A DNA stretch of 55,760 nucleotides from contig JANOZA010000855.1 of the NCBI GenBank assembly GCA_031429155.1, positions 1-55,760 on the forward strand, read 5' to 3'. The position numbers were made by a program, and so were the translations under genes. The notes under the pieces were generated by a model, which made no database searches, had not been told where the DNA came from, and saw nothing but the letters and a program-made list of their open reading frames with translations. Shown here piece after piece: positions 1-8,900 of this stretch (positions within the stretch are counted from its first letter, which is position 1; each line of letters starts with the position of its first letter). This stretch comes from Verrucomicrobiota bacterium (GTDB lineage Bacteria; Verrucomicrobiota; Verrucomicrobiia; Verrucomicrobiales; V1-33).

Positions 1-1
1 G

Positions 2-457
2 TTCGCCGGCCTCTGTAATTCTCCGAACGAGAACATGATCCTGAGCGGGATCAGCATCACGCCCGGGGCCGTGGATACTGACGGTGACGGCATGAGCGAC
101 GCCTATGAGGATGCCAACAATCTCGACAAGAACAGCAACGCCGACCGCGATTTGGATGCCGATGGGGACGGTCAGACCAATTATCTTGAATCCGTCGCCG
201 GCACCGGGGCGAACGATGCGGCATCCACGCTGCATATCACGGATGCTTCGGTGAACCGGACCACCGGCGCAGCGAATGTGACGTGGGCCAGCGTGGCCGG
301 GAAACGCTATCGCCTCCAGTATTCTGCGAACCTCACAGGGTGGACGGACACCGGCAGCGCCGTCACCGCCTCCGGAGCAAGCACGAGCGCCGGAGCCACG
401 ATTCCTGGAGCGCCCCTGACAGGAAAGGGAAGTCTCCGGGTGAAGGTGGTTCCCTGA
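2..457 (+). CDS. 3' end of a secreted protein, 5'-truncated by the window edge: thrombospondin-type-3-like Asp-rich Ca-binding repeats plus a C-terminal tail module
   Basis: Frame 2 is open from nt 2 (FAGLCNSPNENMILSG...), so the listed 35..457 ORF continues upstream. It carries DxDxDG motifs (DTDGDGMSDAYED, DLDADGDGQTNYLE). The tail reads VTWASVAGKRYRLQYSANLTGW. Stop TGA is at 455-457. Confidence 0.6.
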   Translation, partial: FAGLCNSPNENMILSGISITPGAVDTDGDGMSDAYEDANNLDKNSNADRDLDADGDGQTNYLESVAGTGANDAASTLHITDASVNRTTGAANVTWASVAGKRYRLQYSANLTGWTDTGSAVTASGASTSAGATIPGAPLTGKGSLRVKVVP

Positions 458-458
458 C

Positions 459-2183
459 TCACTGCGCCACGGGCTTCGCGGCGCGGACTTCTACGGCTCG
501 GCGGATTTCGACGAAGTAAGCGCCGCAGGTTTTCCCCTCGCCGGTGAACCAGGTCTGGAGCGTCGCGGGCCCGGGCTTGAGAGCGACGCGGAAGTTCATG
601 CCGGTGCTCCCTGCGGGGACTGGCTTGGTTTCATCGTGGGTGCCAAAGCGGATGCGGGCTTTGTCAGGAGTGAAGAAGGAGTCGTTGAGCGCGCGCTCCA
701 CAGTGAGCGGCCAGCGGCGCAGGAGGATGTCGTAGTTTCCCTCACTCGCGATCTGCACCAGCCACTGGCTGTTAGCGCTGACGCCGCGGATGACATCGTC
801 GCGGGAGATCGGTGTGCTGCCGCGGGCGAGCCAGTCGTGAGGTGTGAGAAGGACGGGGTCCTGGGGGCCGCCGACCACGGTGCGGACGGGTTCGAGACTG
901 TCCGGGGCGAGGCTGGTCCACCATGCTTCGCCGGCAATGCGGAGTCTCTGCACGGTGTCTGTCTGCGCGGCGGCGAGATTGTTGCGCTGCCCGGGATCGG
1001 TGCGGAGGTCGTAGAGTTCACGGCCGTTGATGAGGCGCCACGGGCCTGACATGATGCACTGTTGCCGCCATGCGACGGGGACGGGGATTTCCTGGGCGTC
1101 GGTGATGAGGATGCGCTCAGGGGTGGTGACGGGAGTCGCGTTAGGAAGAATGAGGGGTGCGAGGTTGATGCCGTCGCTTTTGAATCCTGCGGGGAGCGTG
1201 GTGCCGGTGAGGGCGGCGAGGGTGGGGAGTAAGTCGAAATGCGCGGCGGGAGTGCTGACATTTCCAGGAGTGATGCCGCCCTGGGGCCAGCGGATGAGCA
1301 GGGGGACGCAGTGGCCGCCTTCCCACGGGCCTCCGCGCGTGCCGCGCCGTCCGGCATTGAAGGGTGCGGGCTGGCCTTTCCCGGCTGCAGGGGTGCCGGT
1401 GGTGGAGGTGAGGATGACGATGGTGCCGGGGGTGAGTTGGAGGCGGTCGAGATTGTCGAGGAGATCGCCGATGGCGGCGTCGAGTTCGGTGATCCATGCG
1501 GCGCGCAGAGGCTGGGCGATGCCGGGCTTCTTGCGGAAGGGTTCCACTTTCTCCGCTGGCATCCCCACAGGAAGGGCAGGGGAGAGGTGGCAAAAGAAGG
1601 GCGCGGCGGCGTTCTTTTCGATGAAGCTGATGACCGCGCCGACGGCGACTTCGACAGAGGAGCCGTGGCGTGGCGTGGACTCTCCATTGAGGAGCCAGAG
1701 GTCGTCCGTTCCATCGTTCGAGTAAAAGTCGGCGACGCCGCCGGGAGTGCCGCCGGGATTGGTCAGGACGAAGGAGTAGCCGTTGTCCTGGGGACGCGAG
1801 GGGCAGTTGTCGCCGAGCGCCCATGTTCCAGCGAGGGCGGTGGCATAACCCTGGCCGCGAAAAAGTGAGGCAATGGTGGGGAGCCCGGCGTGGAGGCGGT
1901 GGCGCCCGCTGTGATTTCCCCACACGCCGGCCCGCATGGGCTCGAGTCCCGTAAGCAGCGCGGCTCGCGAAGGGGCGTCGAGTGGACTGACGTGGAAGTC
2001 TCGAAAGACGACGCTCTCAGCGAGGAGTTTGTCCATTCGCGGTGTGGGGACGGCAGCCTGGCCGCTGGCACTCACATCGCCCCAGCCGAGGCCGTCCACG
2101 GTGATGAGCACGATGCCAGGCTTTCCCGCGGCACGGACGGTGCAGTGAATGAGGAGTGTGGCCAGGAGCAGTCGCAGGAGCAT
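459..2183 (-). CDS. Sulfatase-family protein with signal peptide; catalytic residues substituted, so probably a non-catalytic sulfatase homolog
   Basis: N-terminal signal peptide MLLRLLLATLLIHCTVRAAG. Colinear sulfatase motifs are present: IVLITVDGLGWGD, SPLDAPSRAALLTG, GTWALG, TIVILTSTTG, RGGPWEGGHCVPLLIRWP. The key positions are altered (see finding). Confidence 0.85.
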   Translation of the reverse strand: MLLRLLLATLLIHCTVRAAGKPGIVLITVDGLGWGDVSASGQAAVPTPRMDKLLAESVVFRDFHVSPLDAPSRAALLTGLEPMRAGVWGNHSGRHRLHAGLPTIASLFRGQGYATALAGTWALGDNCPSRPQDNGYSFVLTNPGGTPGGVADFYSNDGTDDLWLLNGESTPRHGSSVEVAVGAVISFIEKNAAAPFFCHLSPALPVGMPAEKVEPFRKKPGIAQPLRAAWITELDAAIGDLLDNLDRLQLTPGTIVILTSTTGTPAAGKGQPAPFNAGRRGTRGGPWEGGHCVPLLIRWPQGGITPGNVSTPAAHFDLLPTLAALTGTTLPAGFKSDGINLAPLILPNATPVTTPERILITDAQEIPVPVAWRQQCIMSGPWRLINGRELYDLRTDPGQRNNLAAAQTDTVQRLRIAGEAWWTSLAPDSLEPVRTVVGGPQDPVLLTPHDWLARGSTPISRDDVIRGVSANSQWLVQIASEGNYDILLRRWPLTVERALNDSFFTPDKARIRFGTHDETKPVPAGSTGMNFRVALKPGPATLQTWFTGEGKTCGAYFVEIRRAVEVRAAKPVAQ

Positions 2184-2234
2184 GGGACGTATAACATCGC
2201 ACCGCTCAGAGCCGGCGCAAGTTTCAACCAGGGT

Positions 2235-2636
2235 TTAGGAAGCGTGTTCGTCCCATGCCGCGCCGTCGCCCGCCGCTTTGTCCTTCGGAGTCCACCACGT
2301 CACATCCGCGAGGGGGGTGCCGTTGCCATAGACCTTTTTCACTGCGCGCACATTCAAGTCGAACCCGATCATGTGAAGCGTTGCAGCCATGAGGAGCCAG
2401 AAAGCGCCGATGCTGTCTATCTTCCAGGTGTAGATCAGGAAGGCGATGCAGAGCACTCCGGCGGGCAGGGCGATGTTGAGCGCTCTGAGGATGATCATCT
2501 CGGATTGCGGCTGCGAATGATCAGAATAGGCGATCTCCTGGAGGATGCTGCCCCAGTGCATCGCGTATAGCGCCATGCCGATCTCTGCGAGAGCGCAGGC
2601 GATGGTGACGAGGTAGAGAAAGTGTTTCAGCCGCAT
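2235..2636 (-). CDS. Small integral membrane protein (hypothetical)
   Basis: 133-aa ORF with 3-4 hydrophobic helices (FLYLVTIACALAEIGMALYA, LPAGVLCIAFLIYTW, GAFWLLMAATLHMIGF). It faces an AT-rich divergent intergenic region. No family recognised. Confidence 0.55.
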   Translation of the reverse strand: MRLKHFLYLVTIACALAEIGMALYAMHWGSILQEIAYSDHSQPQSEMIILRALNIALPAGVLCIAFLIYTWKIDSIGAFWLLMAATLHMIGFDLNVRAVKKVYGNGTPLADVTWWTPKDKAAGDGAAWDEHAS

Positions 2637-2892
2637 GATGTGCCGGAAGGGCAGGACAGTGCTGAGTATCGCTGGATGAGTTCAGTTGCAAAGGAAAAAT
2701 TACAGAAATTATAGAAATGGTTTCTTTTTCTGCTGAGTCGGCTGAAAAAGGGAGGGCCACGGGCAAAGTGCTTAAGTATTCTTAAACTAATACGTTGAAG
2801 TAGTCCGGTAAAAGTATAATTTCCATGAGTTCCGCCGTGCTGCCGCTGCTGCCCGGGCGGATTGTTTTTCCTCTACCACCCGATCTTATCAC
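2637..2892. promoter_or_regulatory. AT-rich divergent intergenic region between the membrane-protein gene and ftsK; probable promoters
   Basis: Markedly AT-rich compared with the flanks. A TATAAT hexamer sits at 2815-2820 and TTGAAG at 2795-2800, but the 14-nt spacing is suboptimal, so the exact promoter is not resolved. Confidence 0.35.
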
Positions 2893-5691
2893 ATGTCTGC
2901 CCGCCGCCCCCTTCGCCGCCAGGATGATTCAGCCTTTGGAGCCGAGGGCGGGGCGGGTATCGCGGCGATTCTGATGATTGTCGGAGGCGGGGCTCTCTTT
3001 CTGGCGCTGGCCACCTACACACCTGATGATCTTGCTTCGTGGACGGGCATTAGCACGAAGGAGCCTCCAAACAATCCGGCGTCGAATTTCCTGGGGCCAT
3101 TCGGTGCGACTGTGGCTGGCTTCGCGATGTTTCTGCTGGGCGGTGCGGCGTATTTGCTGCCGTTCGGGCTGCTGTGGCTGGGGCTGGCACGGATCAATAT
3201 GGGGCTGCGGTTGTTGCCCCGTCCGCTCCTCGGGTTCGCCGTTTTCGTCATCTGTGGCGCTGTTTTCCTCGGCACTCAGAAGTGGTGGTTTCAGGACTGG
3301 TGGAAGGAATATAATATCCTCGGCTCTGGCGGTGGCGTCGGCTATCTCGGCAGGGAAGTCGCTCAGCGAACCGTGAATGTCGCGGGAGCCATCATCGTTT
3401 CCCTGACCGGCTACATTATCGGGCTCATCCTCATGACTGGTATTCGGCCGCAACTCGTCATGGGTTCGCTGCGCCGGGCCGTGCTGACCGCATGGAGGCA
3501 GATCATGTTTCGCCTAAGCGGTCAGCGGCGGAGTCTTCTACAGTCCGTGCAGGAGAAGGAAGCGGCCCTCCTCGCTAAGGAGCAGGTCAAAGCCGAACGC
3601 GAGCGCCGCCGGCTCGAAAAAGAGCTGCGACGTCAGCCAGTCGTGGCGGACGCCAGTGGTGCGCTCCACATCCCGCTCAATCCCGCCGGCGCTCTCGATC
3701 TCGATGAGCTGGATGTGGAAGTGTTGGCCGGCCCTCGCGATCCCGCGCCGGCCCTCACCACGGATGAGGACGAAGAGGGGGCGCAGCCAATGGCCGCAGC
3801 CGCTTCTGAGTCCGAACCGCCGATCATCAACGGCTCGCGCCGCAATCAGCCCACCGGAGAAGCCAAGCTTTCGCTCGCCGAATGGCGCAAGCAGCAGCAA
3901 AAGCCGCGCGAGGAATCCTCCCCTGGAACTCCCGGAAGTGCTCCGGCCCTGGACTTCTCCAACTATCAGTTGCCCCCGCTCGCCCTCCTCCATTGGGATG
4001 AAAACGCGGCGGATGTGAAAATTGACGAACGCGGTCTGCGCGAAACGCAGAGAATCATCATCGCCACGCTCAGCACGTTCGGCATCCAGGTCACTCCAGG
4101 GCCGATCACCCGTGGCCCCACCATTTCCCGGTACGAAATTTATCCCAGCGAAGGCCTGCGAGTGAACCGCATCTCGGCGCTGGAGGCCGACCTCGCCCGC
4201 GCCACCCGCGCCGAGCGCATCAACATTCTGGCACCCATTCCTGGAAAGGACACCGTCGGTATCGAGATCGCCAATAATGAAAAGGTCGCGGTTCCGCTCC
4301 GTGAGCTTTTGGAGGACGACACCTTCGCCCACACCAAGGCGAAGCTCCCGCTCGCCCTCGGCAAGGACGTTTACGGGAATACCATCATCGCTGACCTTGC
4401 TGCGATGCCGCATCTGCTCGTAGCGGGTGCCACGGGCTCCGGCAAATCCGTTTGTATCAACTCCATCATCGGCAGCCTGCTCTTTCAGTTCACGCCCCAG
4501 CAGCTTCGTTTCATCATGATTGACCCGAAGGTCGTCGAGATGCAGACCTACAATGACCTCCCGCACCTTGTCGTGCCAGTCGTCACCGACCCGAAGAAGG
4601 TCATCATGGCGCTGCGCTGGGTGGTGAATGAAATGGAGCACCGCTACCGGCTCTTCGCCACCGAGGGCGTCCGGAACTTCGAGTCCTTCAACAACCGTAA
4701 TAGCCGCCCCCAGGCTATCGCTGCTGCGGCGGAAAAGGAGAAACTCAAGAGCGCTGCCAGGACAGCCCGATCCGGCAAAGATTCCACGGTTGGCCTGCCT
4801 CTCTTCGACGCCTCCGCACCTTCCCCTGAGCCAGCATCGCTGGTTCCTGCGGCAGACGACGACGGCACTTACGTTTTTCTCGACCAGCCCCCAGACGAGC
4901 CGCTACCCGTTGAAGATGAAGCCCTCGTCATGCATCAAGTCGCCCTGGAGCCCGCCGCTTCGGATGAAATCTGGGACGACAGCGCCCTTCTCGCCGAGGA
5001 GGAAGCCGATGACGAGCCATCCATGCCCGACAGCATCCCCTACATCGTCGTTATTATTGACGAACTCGCCGATCTCATGCAGACCGCGCCTGCTGACATG
5101 GAGCAACTCATTCAGCGCATCGCCCAAAAGGCGCGCGCGGCGGGCATTCACATGATTCTCGCCACGCAGACGCCGCGTGCGGAAGTCATCACCGGCAACA
5201 TTAAGGCCAATATTCCCTGCCGCATCGCCTTCCAGGTCAGCAGCGCCCTCGACAGCCGCGTCATTCTTGACACCAAGGGTGCCGAAAAACTCGTGGGCAA
5301 AGGGGATATGCTCTATCTACCGCCCGGCAGCAGCAAGCTCTGCCGCGCCCAGGGTGCCTTCGTCACGGATGACGAAATTGCCGCTCTCGTCGCCCACTGT
5401 AACGAGCAGGCCAAGCCCACCTTCGATAAATCCGTCCAGGCGTCCCTCGGAGATGGCCCGAAGGAGGTCGAAGAACTCAGCGACGAAGACGAGGAGGCTC
5501 TGGAACGGTGTATCGAAGTCATCCTCGTGGAGCGAAAAGCGAGCACCAGCCTGCTTCAGCGCAGGCTGCGTCTCGGGTACGGCAGGGCCGCCCGCATGAT
5601 GGATCTTCTCGAGCAGCGCGGCTTTATCGGACCTGGGGATGGAGCCAAGCCGCGAGAAGTCCTCATCGCTCCGGACGATGATCAGGACTAA
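2893..5691 (+). CDS. ftsK: DNA translocase FtsK/SpoIIIE
   Basis: N-terminal multi-TM region, a long low-complexity linker, and a motor domain with Walker A LVAGATGSGKS and Walker B IVVIIDELADL. The C-terminal gamma winged-helix region reads ASTSLLQRRLRLGYGRAARMMDLLEQRGFIGP. Confidence 0.95.
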   Translation: MSARRPLRRQDDSAFGAEGGAGIAAILMIVGGGALFLALATYTPDDLASWTGISTKEPPNNPASNFLGPFGATVAGFAMFLLGGAAYLLPFGLLWLGLARINMGLRLLPRPLLGFAVFVICGAVFLGTQKWWFQDWWKEYNILGSGGGVGYLGREVAQRTVNVAGAIIVSLTGYIIGLILMTGIRPQLVMGSLRRAVLTAWRQIMFRLSGQRRSLLQSVQEKEAALLAKEQVKAERERRRLEKELRRQPVVADASGALHIPLNPAGALDLDELDVEVLAGPRDPAPALTTDEDEEGAQPMAAAASESEPPIINGSRRNQPTGEAKLSLAEWRKQQQKPREESSPGTPGSAPALDFSNYQLPPLALLHWDENAADVKIDERGLRETQRIIIATLSTFGIQVTPGPITRGPTISRYEIYPSEGLRVNRISALEADLARATRAERINILAPIPGKDTVGIEIANNEKVAVPLRELLEDDTFAHTKAKLPLALGKDVYGNTIIADLAAMPHLLVAGATGSGKSVCINSIIGSLLFQFTPQQLRFIMIDPKVVEMQTYNDLPHLVVPVVTDPKKVIMALRWVVNEMEHRYRLFATEGVRNFESFNNRNSRPQAIAAAAEKEKLKSAARTARSGKDSTVGLPLFDASAPSPEPASLVPAADDDGTYVFLDQPPDEPLPVEDEALVMHQVALEPAASDEIWDDSALLAEEEADDEPSMPDSIPYIVVIIDELADLMQTAPADMEQLIQRIAQKARAAGIHMILATQTPRAEVITGNIKANIPCRIAFQVSSALDSRVILDTKGAEKLVGKGDMLYLPPGSSKLCRAQGAFVTDDEIAALVAHCNEQAKPTFDKSVQASLGDGPKEVEELSDEDEEALERCIEVILVERKASTSLLQRRLRLGYGRAARMMDLLEQRGFIGPGDGAKPREVLIAPDDDQD

Positions 5692-5981
5692 TGATTTCAG
5701 GCCGCGGGCGTGAGACGTGGACGGAGTGTCCTGGTCCCGGAACCTTGAGATTCGGTAACGGAAGCCGCCTTTGATTGCCGACTCGGAGTAAGGGATCGTC
5801 TGCCTGAAAAGTATCGAATGGCCATTACAGACGGTTTTGCCGACGGCTGGAGATTCCAGGGTGCGGGCAGGGCGGGGGCTTGCGATTGGGGTGAACAACG
5901 GCTGGAAAAAGTAGCGGCGAAAAGAAAGTTTTATTGACACCGGTGTGATTTTTCTGCAATGGTGGCCGAAATTCCTACCCT

Positions 5982-8900
5982 GTGAATTCTACCAATCACA
6001 ACCGGTTTGACCTTGAGTCGCTGGAGCCGCGGCTGCTGCTGTCGGCGGATGGGCTTGGCGTGGGGGCGTTGCATGACTCGGCGCAGGATGAACTGGAGCG
6101 GCCCTTGGCGGTGGTGGAAGTGGCGGCGGGGTATGAAAGTTGTGTGGCGGGGGCAGGGGATGAGGACTCGATTTTTGGGGACTTTGAGGTGGAGGTTTCA
6201 CTGGGGGAGGAGACGGCGGATGAGGTGAAGGTGGATGAGCGGGCGGGGCAGGATGGCGCAGATTTAGACGTGACATTGACGGCGGTCGAAATGGTGACAG
6301 TGCCGGCTGATGAGTCGGGCGGGGCAGGGGAGGAAAGAGCGGCGGTGGTGGAGGCGACGCAGTCTTATAATAGTGAAGTGGTGCCCGATGGGGCGGCGGA
6401 TGAGGCAGTGCCGATGGGGCTGGAAGGCTCCGGCGACCCGACGACTGAGATCATGGTGGAGACTCTCCATGCGGCAAACGGACCTCCAGCGGATCAGGCG
6501 GGTACCGACGCTTCTGGCGGTGAACGCATTCTCAATCTGAACCAGGAGACTGCACAAAACATTGGAAATCAACTAGTCATCCATGAGGGGGAAACTCTCA
6601 AAGGGACTTGGGCGGCGGATATTGCGCTGATCCAGAATGGCGGAAGGGTGTCGCCGGGGAATTCTCCGGGTATTCAGAGTGTGGCGACCTACACACTTTT
6701 GAGCGGGGAGTTGGAGATGGAGATCGCTGGAGCGCCGGGACCGGGCATGACTGGCGCTGGCGTGACGTATGACCAACTTCAGGTGACGGGGCTGGCGACA
6801 CTGGGAGGAAGCGGTCGGCTGAGGATCACGATACTGGGCGGATATGTCCCGGTTTTGGGGGCTGCGTATCCGATCATCACATGGGGCAGCCATGCGGGTC
6901 AGTTTGAGAATTACCTGGGAACGGCGTCGGCTGGCAATGACCGGTCGTTCGTGATGAGCTACACGGGGGCGGGTCTGACGGTGACGGTGACGGCGACGCC
7001 AAATACCTACGATTTGGTGAAGGCGGATGTGGAAGGAGTGATCAATCAGTTGGGTGAGTTGGGCGAAAAACTGGATGCGGCTGGCGATTTTGCAGAGACC
7101 CTGCCGTTCATCGGCGAGAGTGTCGGGAGCCTGGTGGCGACGGTTTCGGCCATTCAGGGGGTGCTCCTGGACAAGCTGAATGACTTGGGTGCCGGGCTGA
7201 GTTTGGCGGACGTGACCGCGTATCTAGAGGGCTTGGAGGGGACGGTGCTCATGGGCTACACGATGCATGTGGAGGGGATCATCGGGACATTCGGGGCGAC
7301 GACGGCGCAGCCCTTCAGTTGGAAATATGATATTTTCTTCACACGGACGGATACGGTGAATTATGACCTCGGGGACAACGTGGCGTTCGGCGGCGTGGTC
7401 TCGGGGGCGGCGACCGGGTCGGTAACGAGTCGGTTTGATTTGGACTTCGCTTTCGGCAAGGACGGGGGCGGGGCGTATGTCAGTCTGGAGGAGTTTAAGG
7501 CCTGCGTGGACTTGAATACGGCACCGAGCATCTCGGTGGCTTTCGGCGCGCCGATCGGACTGACGGTGGCGGCGAATGGGACCGCGGTGCTCAATGCCTG
7601 CCTGACCATCGCCCCGAATGCCGGGATTCTGACCAGCGGGAAGATTTACCTCGCCACGCTGACCGGGCTGGGAGACGGCAGCGCGTCGGTGATCACCAAT
7701 TTCACTTGGACGCCGACGGCTTCGATCAATGTGGACCTGACGCTGACGGGCACTTCCTCCATCAACTTGGGGGCGGGGATCGTCATCGGAGGGGGGGGCA
7801 ATGCTCACCTGAAGATCGTGGGCAGCGACCTCTTTAATACCGCGCCGGATGTGGACATTGATTTCACCGGGGCGTCGGTCATGCTGACGATGCCGGGGTT
7901 GCCGAGCATTAAGGGCAGCTTCGACATCAACACGGACGGCGCGCTTACCTATATAGACGTCGGCATTACGGAACTGAAGATGCTGGTGGGGGCGACGCAA
8001 ATTGTGAACATGACCGGGACGGCCTCGCTGGTGTATGGGGACAGTCAGATCGCCGGGAAGGCGGACCTGACGCTGGGGTCCGGCCCGGTGCTGCCGAATC
8101 TGACGATCACGGGCGGCGTCTGGCATTTTGAACTGAACACGGGCAATGCGCCGGCGACGGTTCCTTATGATGGCGGGACGGTGGAGTTGCCCGCCGGTCC
8201 GTATCTGCGCGTGGAGGCCGACGGGGCGGCGGTGGGCTTCACGATCAACCCGACTTTCTCCCTGAGCGGGAATTTCGTCTTTGAGAAGAGCGGCTCGGAT
8301 GTTGCGGTGGGGGCCAGCGATGTGAGCTTCAACTTCACGGACGGCACGAACACGCTGATGAGCATCACGGAGGGCGTTGGCGGCTTCATTATTAAATCCA
8401 ACGGCATCGCCGGGATGCTTCAGGGGACTTTCGCCGAGAATATCCCTGTGGTGGACGTGAGCGGAACGTTTGGCGTGGAGTTCAATACGACGGGGGTCGA
8501 GATTGATACGACGATCACCGTGGACGGCGGAAGTGTCGCCATTGATACCGACCCCGGCACTTACCTCCAAATTTGGGGCGATGACACGGTCGTGGAAGTG
8601 CTCGGTGTGGGGATGTCGGGGAATTTCTTCTTTGAGAACCGGGAGACGACGACCGGTGGCGAGCGGGTGATCACGGTGGCGGTGACGAACCTGAATTTCA
8701 ATTTCGCGGACCTTACGACGGACTTGGTGTCGCTGACGAACGGCACGGGTGCCTTTATTATTACCAACACGGGTATGGCGGGCACGGCGAGCATCACCTA
8801 CGCGGTGGATGTATTCGGACTGGCCGCGGCATCTGGAACGGGGACGGTGATGATAAACCAATTGGCGACGCCGGTGACGGAGACGGTGAACATCGGCGGG

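Noticed and set aside
455-461. Convergent gene pairs whose stops are only 1-2 nt apart (457/459 and 30114/30117), considered as possibly unusual regulation.
   Set aside because: Tight convergent packing is common in compact bacterial genomes, and no structured element fits in the gap.
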